In this document: one piece after another, positions 1 through 8,995 of the stretch
Numbering within the stretch: the first letter of the stretch is position 1
Layout: every line of letters begins with the position of its first letter
IMG/VR virus record: IMGVR_UViG_3300051212_000701
Location: 1 to 64,000 of that record
From: a virus
Direction: 5' to 3' (one strand)
Length of the DNA stretch: 64,000 nucleotides
Translations under genes and position numbers: made by a program
Notes under the pieces: generated by a model
Seen by the model: the letters and a program-made list of their open reading frames with translations, nothing else
What the model was told of the DNA's origin: nothing
Database searches by the model: none

Positions 1-305
1 GGTTTATTCCTTGAAGAGTTTCCTCCAAGGGTAAATTTCTTTTCGTATTGTGGTAGATGATCAAATTCGAGTACCCAGTGTGGGTAATCTTCTTTGCAGT
101 CAGTACATTTTTTGCCTTGTTTAGCTTTTCTAATGTAGGCCCTATTGCGATGCCTGCTCTGCTTTCTTCTATTTGAAGTTTTTTCTTTTTGCCCAGAACC
201 GACGTGGTATGATATTGTTCCCTTTGACACGCCTAGTATTTTTTGTATTTGCCTATAGGACTTCCCCTCAGCATAAAGCTTAAGGATTTGTTCCTTCTTA
301 GTCAT
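1..305 (-). CDS. HTH + HNH endonuclease (runs off window edge)
   Basis: Manual translation MTKKEQILKLYAEGKSYRQIQKILGVSKGTISYH...CTDCKEDYPHWVLEFDH: N-terminal HTH, then CxxC..L.FDH HNH motif; not in ORF track. Confidence 0.8.
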   Translation of the reverse strand, partial: MTKKEQILKLYAEGKSYRQIQKILGVSKGTISYHVGSGQKEKTSNRRKQSRHRNRAYIRKAKQGKKCTDCKEDYPHWVLEFDHLPQYEKKFTLGGNSSRNK

Positions 306-311
306 GGTTCA

Positions 312-340
312 ATTATACATAAAATGTTGAACCATGTCAA
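312..340 (-). promoter_or_regulatory. sigma70/HrdB-type promoter, leaderless
   Basis: TTGACA-17-TATAAT; -10 box 6 nt before ATG at 305. Confidence 0.85.
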
Positions 341-477
341 GGACCTACCTTGCAAGACTCCAATATAGTTGCTATTTTTTTAATTTCCTTATCATTCTTT
401 GTTGTAATAGCATTCCATGCCATAAAATTAACAACCAGAAGAGTGGCTAAGAATATAAGAATAATTTTATCTTTCAT
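337..477 (-). CDS. small membrane/secreted protein (46 aa)
   Basis: Manual ORF MKDKIILIFLATLLVVNFMAW...; TATAAT 7 nt upstream. Confidence 0.6.
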   Translation of the reverse strand: MKDKIILIFLATLLVVNFMAWNAITTKNDKEIKKIATILESCKVGP

Positions 478-492
478 AAAATAAATTATACC

Positions 493-1188
493 CTATTTAT
501 ATTCTTTTCTATTCCAGTAGTTATTCTTGTAATAACCAGATATCTTAGATCTGCTTTTAATGTCCTGTATCATACCATGCTCGCTCAAAGATTCATCTAT
601 TTCAGTTTGCCATTTATCTCTTTTAAACGGTATGACTTGAATTATTGGGGTTCCCGCCTCAATGATCCCTTCAAAATCTTTTTTCAAAGCAAAAGGTTGC
701 TTGCCCCATACTCCCCATCTATCAGTGTCCATGACGCCTGTTGTTGTAATAAAAGGAAGATCAGTTCTATTAAATGGGTGAGTCAATATGCAGCTATATC
801 CTTTAGGGGTTTGTATACCCCAATAAGACTGCCATGAAAAAACAAAAGGATGAAAGTTTTCATAAATAGGCAAGTCGTTTATAGGGTCTCGCATAACAAC
901 CTCTGCCAAATTTTCATATGTGTGGTTCCAAGATAAGTAGGGTACTCCGTTAATATTTTTTACAAATATGTCTGCCCATAAATTAAACGTATAGCCCGTA
1001 GAATAGGAGTCTAAAAATGGAACACATCTTTTAACAGAATAGTTTGATTGCCCGTTAGATACATTTAGCTTTGTGTCACCATTTGTGAAATTAGATACAT
1101 CTTTAAACCACTGCGGGGGTCTAGAAGGCATGGGGTGTGGAATAACTTGCTTGACTAAGCTATTCATTGGGTAAAATTTTATCTTCAT
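493..1188 (-). CDS. uncharacterised dUTPase-like family protein, paralogue 1
   Basis: Motifs KRCVPFLD..GY, TPKGYS, GVMDTD, GTPIIQVIPFKR shared with paralogues. Confidence 0.6.
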   Translation of the reverse strand: MKIKFYPMNSLVKQVIPHPMPSRPPQWFKDVSNFTNGDTKLNVSNGQSNYSVKRCVPFLDSYSTGYTFNLWADIFVKNINGVPYLSWNHTYENLAEVVMRDPINDLPIYENFHPFVFSWQSYWGIQTPKGYSCILTHPFNRTDLPFITTTGVMDTDRWGVWGKQPFALKKDFEGIIEAGTPIIQVIPFKRDKWQTEIDESLSEHGMIQDIKSRSKISGYYKNNYWNRKEYK

Positions 1189-1889
1189 CTGTATTCTTTT
1201 CTAGACCAGAATAAGTTTCTGTATGCATCAAAAAGTTTTGATGCTACAGTTCTTTGATTTTTAAAGTTTTTTTCTTTGTCTAAGGGAGTTATACTCATCT
1301 CATAAGACTCTCTTTTAAATGGTATTACTTGAGCTATAGGGGTACCAGCTTCGATCATACCCTCAAAGTATTTATCTTTTAAATTAAATGGTAAGGCAAC
1401 TTTTTCGTAATACGTATCTGTATCTACAATACCAGGCAATATAATTATCTGGTTATCTCTGTGCATTGGAGGTAAAAACATGCATGAGTAACCCTTTTCG
1501 GTTTTAATTATCCAAGGGTTTTCTATTTTTAATTGATATCCTAAATTATTTTCAGGATGCTTTTGTGCTTGAAAAGGACTGTGACTGCTCAAAACATCTG
1601 TATCTTTTTGATTTTCGTTTTCTGATCTCCAATGAAAATACGGTCCGTTTTCTGTTTGTTCTATATAAAAATCTTGTTGCAAAACAATCATATATCCTGC
1701 AGTTAAAGCATCAAACACAGGAACACATTTTTTTATTGTACTGAATGCTTGATCTTTTGATGGCTTTTTAACATCGTTTGCGTAAGATTTGGCTTCTTTA
1801 TACCACTCTGGTATAAACTTACTTGAAGGGGCAGGGTTGTAAATACCCTCTGTATCATCATACCTTGAAAACTCAATTTTTTTAGCCAT
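1185..1889 (-). CDS. uncharacterised dUTPase-like family protein, paralogue 2
   Basis: KKCVPVFD..GY, GIVDTDTY, GTPIAQVIPFKR. Confidence 0.6.
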   Translation of the reverse strand: MAKKIEFSRYDDTEGIYNPAPSSKFIPEWYKEAKSYANDVKKPSKDQAFSTIKKCVPVFDALTAGYMIVLQQDFYIEQTENGPYFHWRSENENQKDTDVLSSHSPFQAQKHPENNLGYQLKIENPWIIKTEKGYSCMFLPPMHRDNQIIILPGIVDTDTYYEKVALPFNLKDKYFEGMIEAGTPIAQVIPFKRESYEMSITPLDKEKNFKNQRTVASKLFDAYRNLFWSRKEYR

Positions 1890-1894
1890 GTTAT

Positions 1895-1924
1895 ATTATA
1901 GATCTATATCTAACTGTTTGTCAA
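1895..1924 (-). promoter_or_regulatory. leaderless promoter
   Basis: TTGACA-18-TATAAT, 5 nt before ATG at 1889. Confidence 0.75.
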
Positions 1925-1982
1925 TAGCATCATCCATACTATATGGATGTTCTTTTGTACATTTACCGCACTCTTTACACAT
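1896..1982 (-). CDS. tiny Cys-rich ORF (28 aa)
   Basis: Manual ORF MCKECGKCTKEHPYSMDDAIDKQLDIDL. Confidence 0.4.
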   Translation of the reverse strand: MCKECGKCTKEHPYSMDDAIDKQLDIDL

Positions 1983-1989
1983 AATTTAA

Positions 1990-2011
1990 TAAGGCCCCTT
2001 GCGGGGCCTTA
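1990..2011 (-). terminator. intrinsic terminator hairpin
   Basis: TAAGGCCCC-GCAA-GGGGCCTTA after ORF stop at 2014. Confidence 0.75.
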
Positions 2012-2013
2012 TC

Positions 2014-2238
2014 TCATACCTTCTTTGGTCTTCCGCTTCTTTTTGGTGGCTGAACAAGACTTCTTTCTCTACGAATTCCGTGCTTATTCCTGTCAACAAT
2101 TATGCCAGATCTTTGGTTGTTGACTCCTGATTTAAACTTTCCTTGAGTTGGCTTTTTTCTACCAACTTCTTGAGAAGTTACTGCACCTGAAGCAGATGGA
2201 TTAACTGGCGAATCCATTCCTGTTCCATTATTACTCAT
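2014..2238 (-). CDS. small basic protein
   Basis: ORF track; K/R-rich. Confidence 0.65.
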   Translation of the reverse strand: MSNNGTGMDSPVNPSASGAVTSQEVGRKKPTQGKFKSGVNNQRSGIIVDRNKHGIRRERSLVQPPKRSGRPKKV

Positions 2239-2380
2239 TAATAAATCTTTCTCTTTGTTCTGGAGTTGCCGTCATTTTAAATGTAAGGCCTGACTCTCCA
2301 TCCTTTGAGACGTCATTAATGTTTACGCTAGCAATACCTGTTTCGCTGCCAACGCTTTCACATCCGCATTCTACGCACAT
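2231..2380 (-). CDS. hypothetical protein (49 aa, MCVECGC N-terminus)
   Basis: Manual ORF, tightly packed with neighbours. Confidence 0.6.
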   Translation of the reverse strand: MCVECGCESVGSETGIASVNINDVSKDGESGLTFKMTATPEQRERFINE

Positions 2381-2381
2381 T

Positions 2382-2540
2382 TTACTTACCGCCGTTGCCT
2401 AGTCCTGCGCCATCCTGTGTGGACTTATCGGTAGCAGAAAAATTCTTATCTGGATCTGCTGCATACTGAACTCCACTCCAAGTTGTTGTTGTTACTGGCT
2501 TTGTTTCATTAAAGCCCTTCAAGTCTTTTCCGTCTGACAT
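2382..2540 (-). CDS. hypothetical protein (52 aa)
   Basis: Manual ORF MSDGKDLKGFNETKP...; AGGAG SD; TGCTATAAT promoter at 2596-2604. Confidence 0.65.
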   Translation of the reverse strand: MSDGKDLKGFNETKPVTTTTWSGVQYAADPDKNFSATDKSTQDGAGLGNGGK

Positions 2541-2744
2541 AATATATCTCCTATAGGGTTAATTTAGATGGGTCTAGAAGTCCATCCATCTATCAATTAT
2601 AGCATTTGGTTGATTAGAATGGCTAAATTTTATATAACTTATGCCAGCAATCAGTACAAATGTCTATAATTCCGCCTTCTGGCTTCGCAGCTATTCTGGT
2701 AGCTTTATTATTGCATTCAGCCATTTGGCACATTTCATTAAACA

Positions 2745-2978
2745 TTACTTTGCCTTCTTAGGAGCCTTTTTAGCGGTCTTCTTTACAGTCTTCTTTGCAG
2801 TAGACTTCTTGACTGGAGCCTTCTTGGCTGGAGCCTTCTTGGCTGGAGCCTTTTTGGTAGTCTTCTTAGCAACAGCCTTCTTAGCAACAACCGTCTCTAC
2901 AACTGGTGTTGAAACTAGTTCTGTATAAGATTCTTCGCTAATGCCCAAGAATTTCTTGATTGATTTTGAGATGCTCAT
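2745..2978 (-). CDS. histone H1-like AKK/PAKK-repeat protein
   Basis: KKAPAKKAPAKKAPVKK repeats. Confidence 0.7.
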   Translation of the reverse strand: MSISKSIKKFLGISEESYTELVSTPVVETVVAKKAVAKKTTKKAPAKKAPAKKAPVKKSTAKKTVKKTAKKAPKKAK

Positions 2979-3106
2979 ATATTTCCTTTCTTTATTATTT
3001 TAATTACGTATTTGATTACGTCTTTAGGACGCCACTCTGGTGGCAGCTCTAAACCTTCTATTTCTTTTACTATACGATCTCTGATTTGATCTTCAATATA
3101 ATCCAT
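2975..3106 (-). CDS. hypothetical protein (43 aa)
   Basis: Manual ORF MDYIEDQIRDRIVKEIEGLELPPEW...; overlaps both neighbours' start/stop codons. Confidence 0.6.
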   Translation of the reverse strand: MDYIEDQIRDRIVKEIEGLELPPEWRPKDVIKYVIKIIKKGNI

Positions 3107-3879
3107 TATATTAAGTTTTCTTTTATCTTTTTTAAGACTATATCTCTTGTTCTAGTCTTTCTAAATATATCATATGATTTTTGTAAAGGCATTTTATAAC
3201 CATACATATGCTTTGCATTAATACATTTTCTTGAGTATGTATCAATCTCTTTTGTAAGTTCAAATCTAATTAGATTTACTTTCTTATCAGTTAAGAAGTT
3301 AACATAAAATATTGGTTCATCTTTTTTAAAGTTTATTTCGCCTTCATTTCCATAGAGCTGAATTTCTACATTTAATGTTCTAAACCACTGACCAATATCA
3401 AATTGACCACTTGTAAGGAAGCCATATTTCTGATATTCTACCTGCTGAAGATATGGTCCAGTTAGCTGAACCTCCAGTGGTTCTTCAGCAAACATATGTA
3501 AACGATAGGCAAACTCAACACTAGGACCAATAGTCATTGTTTGATTTCTGGGTGGAGTTACAGCCATAAATGCATCTGTCGTTGGATAAATTTCTATTTG
3601 ATTAACATCGTATGACCCAGCCTTATATCTATAGCCACAGTCTATGGGCCAATTCCAGGCATACATGTTCTTTGATAGATTCTTAAATGCAGGACAATTA
3701 ATAAAAGATTGCTGCTCTTTATCTTTGGTATCTTTAATATCAAACTGTGTCCAATGTTTAAATACATTTACTGGATCATGATAAAGCATATTCCAATTTC
3801 CAATTGGACCTTCGTCTTCTGGTACAGAGTGTGATGCCCAATATACGTTGATTGACTTGCTATCCTTGTTTGATTTCAT
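3106..3879 (-). CDS. distant paralogue of the dUTPase-like family
   Basis: NCPAFK, GQFDIGQWFR.LN, FKKDEPIFYV occupy equivalent positions to the family motifs. Confidence 0.5.
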   Translation of the reverse strand: MKSNKDSKSINVYWASHSVPEDEGPIGNWNMLYHDPVNVFKHWTQFDIKDTKDKEQQSFINCPAFKNLSKNMYAWNWPIDCGYRYKAGSYDVNQIEIYPTTDAFMAVTPPRNQTMTIGPSVEFAYRLHMFAEEPLEVQLTGPYLQQVEYQKYGFLTSGQFDIGQWFRTLNVEIQLYGNEGEINFKKDEPIFYVNFLTDKKVNLIRFELTKEIDTYSRKCINAKHMYGYKMPLQKSYDIFRKTRTRDIVLKKIKENLI

Positions 3880-3899
3880 AATTCTTTTCTATTAGTAGA

Positions 3900-3928
3900 A
3901 TGGCGGTAGGGGAATTCCCTACCGCCAT
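3900..3928. terminator. strong hairpin, probable terminator
   Basis: ATGGCGGTAGGG-gaatt-CCCTACCGCCAT, 12-bp stem just downstream of 3936 stop. Confidence 0.8.
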
Positions 3929-3935
3929 CTTTTTA

Positions 3936-4997
3936 CTACTTAAGTGTAGCTACCTTTGCCTTTGGGAACTTTGCATTCCACTTCTTGGCAAGAGCATTAA
4001 ATGCATCCTTGACGGCCTTCAATGCTGCTGCATTGTCTGCCTTAAGCTTTGCAATTTCTGCATCAGAAGCAGCCTTTGCATCTGCAAGAGCCTTATCTGC
4101 TGCAACCTTATCTGCTGCACGAGCAGCCTTTTCTGTTGCAAGAGCAGTTTCTGCTGTAGCCTTTGCAGCATTTGCTGCTGCAAGTTGTGCTGTAAGGGCT
4201 GTTACCTGTGCTGAAAGATCAGTTACGGCAATTACCTTTACTGCAGAAGATGATGGTGTGCTGAATCCAGTTACTGCTGTTGCCATATCTGCAGATGCAG
4301 CATATGCAACGATTGTTACTGGACCAGTTGCTGGTGCAACAAACTTAACGTCTGCTGTACCAAAATTTGTTAGACCAGACCCTGTTGTTACAGTATTTGT
4401 GTCTAGTGTTGCACCATTAGCAATTGCTGAAATTGACTTTCCAGAAATCTTGTTTCCGAATACGTCAACTGCGCCAATTGTTACAGTGACTGATGTACCT
4501 GCTGCTGCTGATTCTGCTCCTGCTAGAGTAAGCTTATCAATTGCGCCAGCAATTCCTTGTACGTAGTATGTTGTTGTGGTTCCGCCATTTGTAATAGCTA
4601 CTGAACCAATTGCTGTCGTTTTAGTATATACATAAAACGTTGCTGTTGTGCCTGTTCCAACATTCTGTGACCAAGTAGCAGATCCTGACGATGCTGTTAC
4701 TGGAGCAGTTGATGTTGCTACTGCTGGTACTACTGTTGCGTTTGTTGCGACTACTGAAACTACTGTTCCAGTATCTACTGTTACAACGAATTCGACTGTA
4801 TCTGCTGTATCAACAGAATTGTCTGTCGGTACTGGCAAAGTAATCGGTGTAGTTGCTGCTGTGCCAAGGGTAGTTGTTGTACCCGCCTTCTTCACAGAAG
4901 TAATTGACATAGGTGCAGCACTTGCAGATGTTGCAACAAGGGTGCTCATTGTCATGGCTGCAACCATGGCGAGAGCGATTTTCTTAAATGAGTTCAT
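3936..4997 (-). CDS. secreted Ala/Thr-rich surface (S-layer/Ig-like) protein with C-terminal coiled coil
   Basis: Signal peptide MNSFKKIALAMVAA...ASA|A; Ig-like beta region (DVFGN); Ala/Lys heptads; TAAGGAG SD. Confidence 0.7.
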   Translation of the reverse strand: MNSFKKIALAMVAAMTMSTLVATSASAAPMSITSVKKAGTTTTLGTAATTPITLPVPTDNSVDTADTVEFVVTVDTGTVVSVVATNATVVPAVATSTAPVTASSGSATWSQNVGTGTTATFYVYTKTTAIGSVAITNGGTTTTYYVQGIAGAIDKLTLAGAESAAAGTSVTVTIGAVDVFGNKISGKSISAIANGATLDTNTVTTGSGLTNFGTADVKFVAPATGPVTIVAYAASADMATAVTGFSTPSSSAVKVIAVTDLSAQVTALTAQLAAANAAKATAETALATEKAARAADKVAADKALADAKAASDAEIAKLKADNAAALKAVKDAFNALAKKWNAKFPKAKVATLK

Positions 4998-5047
4998 TTA
5001 ATTTATTTCTCCTTATTTGTTTATCCACCCCTGATGAGCGTGGAATC

Positions 5048-5281
5048 TTATTTTGTGTACGAGTTCCGCCATTGTGACGGTGAGTGATTATTCTCAATTT
5101 CTTTTTTCATATCAATGTCTTCGTACATTCGAACAATATGCATGCAAGGGTCTTGACCTTCGTCAAACTCTTTCATTTCTTGTTCAGACATTGGTAGTCC
5201 GTCATGTGTGTAGCATACAGGCGGTCCGCACCAACCTTTTTTAATCCCGTATGACTGCCATTCATCAAAACTTAAATCCAT
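5048..5281 (-). CDS. hypothetical Cys/His protein
   Basis: ORF track; CGPPVCYTHDG..DPCMH. Confidence 0.7.
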   Translation of the reverse strand: MDLSFDEWQSYGIKKGWCGPPVCYTHDGLPMSEQEMKEFDEGQDPCMHIVRMYEDIDMKKEIENNHSPSQWRNSYTK

Positions 5282-5583
5282 TGCTTTAACTCTTTCATAA
5301 GAGCATGCTTGGGCTTTGCGCCATGCACTATATGCACTGGTTTTCCATCAACAAATAATACCATAGTTGGTATTGTTTGTACAGCGTATTCCTTAGTTTT
5401 TTCTAAATTCTCATCAATATTTAACTTACCGATGAGTAGTCCAGTCTCTGATGAGATCTCGTCCAGTATTGGGGAGACCATTCTACATGGCCCGCACCAT
5501 TCCGCCCAGAAATCCACCAATATTTTTGTGCTGCTAGCAACAGCTTCATCAAAATTATTATCATTAAGCAACAAGCTTGCCAT
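5272..5583 (-). CDS. trxA: thioredoxin
   Basis: VDFWAEWCGPC active site, IPT cis-Pro motif. Confidence 0.95.
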   Translation of the reverse strand: MASLLLNDNNFDEAVASSTKILVDFWAEWCGPCRMVSPILDEISSETGLLIGKLNIDENLEKTKEYAVQTIPTMVLFVDGKPVHIVHGAKPKHALMKELKQWI

Positions 5584-6064
5584 ATTTTACCTCATGAGTA
5601 GGCCAATAGTATTGACATTTATCGCAACATGGTTTGTTATATGGATCATTTACTGCAGAGGCAAATTCAGCATAAAAGATGGGATCTTTACGATATAGAT
5701 TTGCCTTATGCGTAGCATTTACACGCTTAATGATTGTAGGTGTAGAAGCCCAAATTGGAGTGTTGTCCTCCCACATTAAAGACTTACGATCACGAGACAA
5801 TGATTCTAGGTTAGATTTATTCTTGTCTGTTTTGATTCCACGCATATCTGCTAATACCACTGCAGTCATTGCGTAACGATAAAGTTCTGCTTCTGCCCCT
5901 TCCCACATTAACACAGCGGGATGATTGCGCCAAGCGTTAGACTTGGAGTTGCCAGTCAAAATATTTAATATCTGATAGCATTCTAAAATTTGTTTGTTGA
6001 GTCTTTTACTATCCAAAGCATCTAAGCTGTTACGCTTTGCTGGATGAGGTAGAAATGTTTGCAT
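5564..6064 (-). CDS. pyrimidine-dimer DNA glycosylase (DenV/MSMEG_6728-like)
   Basis: MQTFLP...LDSKRLNKQILECYQI...NHPAVLMWEG...HKANLYRKDP. Confidence 0.85.
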   Translation of the reverse strand: MQTFLPHPAKRNSLDALDSKRLNKQILECYQILNILTGNSKSNAWRNHPAVLMWEGAEAELYRYAMTAVVLADMRGIKTDKNKSNLESLSRDRKSLMWEDNTPIWASTPTIIKRVNATHKANLYRKDPIFYAEFASAVNDPYNKPCCDKCQYYWPTHEVKYGKLVA

Positions 6065-6070
6065 AGTCCT

Positions 6071-6099
6071 ATCTTACTAAATAAAAGGGGGCAAGTCAA
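6071..6099 (-). promoter_or_regulatory. leaderless promoter overlapping terminator
   Basis: TTGACT-17-TAAGAT, 6 nt before ATG 6064. Confidence 0.7.
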
Positions 6100-6112
6100 T
6101 ACTTGCCCCCTT
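6085..6112 (-). terminator. intrinsic terminator
   Basis: AAGGGGGCAAGT/ACTTGCCCCCTT 12-bp stem with T-rich tail. Confidence 0.85.
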
Positions 6113-6115
6113 ATT

Positions 6116-6328
6116 TTAATTATCTTTTAAAGCTTCTGCTGCTGCATTAAATCTATTCATAAATTCTTGAATGACCCAAAAGGTTGTATCTGTTGCATTT
6201 TGTCTCAAAGCTTTTGATACTTCTTCTGTTTTTTGTTCAGCAGATCCCGCATTGTACCACTTTTGATATAACTCATTAGAGATATCAGTAATTATTCCCT
6301 CAAGAACAGTTACTTGTTTTTCACCCAC
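6116..6328 (-). CDS. hypothetical protein
   Basis: ORF track. Confidence 0.7.
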   Translation of the reverse strand: MGEKQVTVLEGIITDISNELYQKWYNAGSAEQKTEEVSKALRQNATDTTFWVIQEFMNRFNAAAEALKDN

Positions 6329-7247
6329 GGATTGCTCCCTCTTGATTAATTAGTCTAGCGTTTTTAACCTTAGAATTGCTAGAAATTGTTGCAGTTTTTG
6401 CAATAAGATCGTACATTTGTGAGACTGTAAATCCTGGCTTTGAAGATTTAACTGCAAGCCATTGTGCTGCAGCAATTTGAATTGATGCAGAGGTCCCAGC
6501 AACAGGAACCTTCTTATTTCCTGGACCAAAGGTTTGTGTAGTTCCTTGTGCGTAGAAATCAATAAGCTTGGCGTCATAGTTTGAATATACTGCAACAGAC
6601 TTTGTTGGCATTGTTGCCCCAATTGCTATAGATTCTGGAAGACAGGCTGGCCAGTTAATTCTTGTTAAATCAAAATCATTTCCTGCTGGCAAGAATACTG
6701 GAATACCAGAGTCTAGGAGTGTTTTGATTTTAGATTGAGTAGTAGGTGTTCTAGGGCAGTAATCAGTTCCTGCAACAAAATTTCTTGCTGATTGAGCCAT
6801 AGTTACTGCTTGAATATTATATTTTGCGGAGTTATCAATTACCCATTGAAGAGCATTGAATACGGTTTGTTCAGTTGCTACTTGACGAATACCATCTGGG
6901 TTATTGCCAATAATACGAACGAATACAATGTTCATTTCTGGATTTGTAACAGCAGCAAGATAAGCCATTTGAGTGCCATGATCAAATCCATTTTTTGTAA
7001 TTAGATTTGCAGGAAGAGTTGCTGCACCTGGACCCTCTTGAATCTTTTGTCCGTTAGGACATGGTCCACGTTCAAGAACGCATACTTCTTGAATAATTCT
7101 ATCTTTGAAAATTGGTAAAGATGTGTCAATCGCTGTGTCCAGGATTGCTATCGAAGGTTTTAGATTATTATTCTTTAAAGAAGCATGTGCTGCTCCAGGA
7201 ATAATTAGAGTAAGGGCCACAAGGGCGGTTGTTAGTTTTTTATTCAT
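6321..7247 (-). CDS. secreted subtilisin-like serine protease (S8)
   Basis: Signal peptide (AHA|S); ILDTAID, HGT, AGN, GTS catalytic motifs. Confidence 0.9.
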   Translation of the reverse strand: MNKKLTTALVALTLIIPGAAHASLKNNNLKPSIAILDTAIDTSLPIFKDRIIQEVCVLERGPCPNGQKIQEGPGAATLPANLITKNGFDHGTQMAYLAAVTNPEMNIVFVRIIGNNPDGIRQVATEQTVFNALQWVIDNSAKYNIQAVTMAQSARNFVAGTDYCPRTPTTQSKIKTLLDSGIPVFLPAGNDFDLTRINWPACLPESIAIGATMPTKSVAVYSNYDAKLIDFYAQGTTQTFGPGNKKVPVAGTSASIQIAAAQWLAVKSSKPGFTVSQMYDLIAKTATISSNSKVKNARLINQEGAIRG

Positions 7248-7285
7248 AGAGTATATAATATCAAAAAACTTCTGGTTGTCAATAG

Positions 7286-7462
7286 CTACTTATTGTTTAT
7301 TTTATCTAGTTTGTCTTTATACCACTTGCCTGCGTCTAGGCTGTTTATTTCTAAGCCCTGAGACTCTAGCAAATTATTTAAAGTTTGAGTGTAAAGCTCT
7401 ACCATCATTTCAAGTCTTACAACCTGCATTTCTAGTATTCTTAGTCTTTCTGACTTTCTCAC
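7286..7462 (-). CDS. hypothetical protein (58 aa)
   Basis: Manual ORF from GTG (MRKSERLRILEMQVVRLEM...) filling the gap. Confidence 0.6.
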   Translation of the reverse strand: MRKSERLRILEMQVVRLEMMVELYTQTLNNLLESQGLEINSLDAGKWYKDKLDKINNK

Positions 7463-7848
7463 TCCATATCCTCTCTACGATCAATAGGCGTAGGCGCTGT
7501 AGCTACGCTTCCACAATTAACACATTCCATATCTAGCATGTAATAAGCAATTTGATAGTCATCAAAACTTACTTTTAAATTCCATATATCTGAGCCACAG
7601 GGGCAAACATGGGTAGGTGTTCCTCTTATATCCATTGCATGCTCGTAGCTTATTGGTTTAAACTTAACAATATCTGGGGCAGTTGCAAATGCTTCTGCTT
7701 CTTTTTTTAATGCTTTCAAATCTTCTTTTTCAAAAACTAAAACTTCATAGTATTTAAGAAAAGTTCTTATAAATCTTACTATCTTAAATGAATATATGAT
7801 TGCAAGTATTGTTACTGCTCCTATACCTGCATATATTAGGTTTTCCAT
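7459..7848 (-). CDS. membrane-anchored Zn-ribbon protein
   Basis: N-terminal TM; CPCG...CVNCG. Confidence 0.65.
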   Translation of the reverse strand: MENLIYAGIGAVTILAIIYSFKIVRFIRTFLKYYEVLVFEKEDLKALKKEAEAFATAPDIVKFKPISYEHAMDIRGTPTHVCPCGSDIWNLKVSFDDYQIAYYMLDMECVNCGSVATAPTPIDRREDME

Positions 7849-7849
7849 A

Positions 7850-8404
7850 TTATACCTGTATAAATGAATAAGGGGCGGAAACAGCCATATTAAATGTAGC
7901 TGCTGCTTCTAATGCCACTTTCATTCTTACCTTTGGGTTCTTTTGATTTTTAGTTGCATAAAGAGCACCTAATGCTAAGAAAGCTCCGCTTCCTTCTGCC
8001 ATATAATTAACTATGTTTTCTGCTATATGAAAATCTTCATCCATAGTAAAGATTCTTCCTTCAACCCCTATTAGGAATATTCCGCCTTCATCTTCTTGCC
8101 CCGAAACCTGGCTTCCGTATCCGTGTGCCCTGAAGGCATCTTTTACTGAATCAACAAACTTTGTTCTCATAAACTTGTCTAGTCCTGAGTTAGTTTTGGT
8201 TGGAGTATATTTTGGTGGGGTCCAGTTGTATTGAAGAATCTGTCCCATTCTAAAGGAATCTGTAAATGCAATTCCATATTGTCCTACTTTAAAAACTTTA
8301 GGATCTTTTCTTGCAAGAATCCATCCAGTCTTGTCATCTGAGGCTGCATGATCAGCCCCCATGTAAACTATTCCATTTTGGGCTATGGCTACAATACAGG
8401 TCAT
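7850..8404 (-). CDS. HslV/proteasome-like Ntn hydrolase
   Basis: N-terminal MTCIV (Thr nucleophile), GAD, PKVF, AEGSG..LALGAL. Confidence 0.8.
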   Translation of the reverse strand: MTCIVAIAQNGIVYMGADHAASDDKTGWILARKDPKVFKVGQYGIAFTDSFRMGQILQYNWTPPKYTPTKTNSGLDKFMRTKFVDSVKDAFRAHGYGSQVSGQEDEGGIFLIGVEGRIFTMDEDFHIAENIVNYMAEGSGAFLALGALYATKNQKNPKVRMKVALEAAATFNMAVSAPYSFIQV

Positions 8405-8436
8405 AGTACAAGTATACTATTTAAAAATTCGAAAGT

Positions 8437-8730
8437 CTAGTCCCCTTCTTCTGGGTGACTAAAATGTAATAAACTGTGCTCAAGTTCAGCTTTAACCGAA
8501 ATTAATTCTTGTATAGTGGAGTAGTATTTTTGCTTCCACTCATCTAATTCTTTTTCCAGGGCATATAGCCTAATTTGACAATCTTTGAGCTCAAGCATTA
8601 GCCTATCGTGCTCACGCTCAGATTTTCTGACATTTTCTTTCTTAGTGTCTCTAAGGTAGGCTATTAGTCCAGTTACCAAGGCCCCCAACAATGTTGAAGA
8701 AATGGTAATAATTAGGGTCTCAGTATTCAT
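8437..8730 (-). CDS. single-TM coiled-coil membrane protein
   Basis: Hydrophobic N-terminus then heptads. Confidence 0.65.
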   Translation of the reverse strand: MNTETLIITISSTLLGALVTGLIAYLRDTKKENVRKSEREHDRLMLELKDCQIRLYALEKELDEWKQKYYSTIQELISVKAELEHSLLHFSHPEEGD

Positions 8731-8758
8731 GATAAACTAATTATACATGAAAATAAGT

Positions 8759-8995
8759 TTAAACTAATAGTTCTGAAGCTTTAATTTCCTCACCCAAATA
8801 GCGTCTTTTAACAATAAACTCTTTTACGGTGTCTGGTCCAGACTGTCTTCCTGCCAAAATAATTACCCATCTTGGTTCATATTTTTGCTCAATACAAGAC
8901 TGACACATAAACAAATTAATTGGCATTATGACAGACTTTTTTAAGTTTAGTTTATTTTTAGACTTACTACAAGAGTAGCACAAGATCTTTTCCAT
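8759..8995 (-). CDS. Zn-finger hypothetical protein
   Basis: CYSC...CQSC. Confidence 0.7.
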   Translation of the reverse strand: MEKILCYSCSKSKNKLNLKKSVIMPINLFMCQSCIEQKYEPRWVIILAGRQSGPDTVKEFIVKRRYLGEEIKASELLV

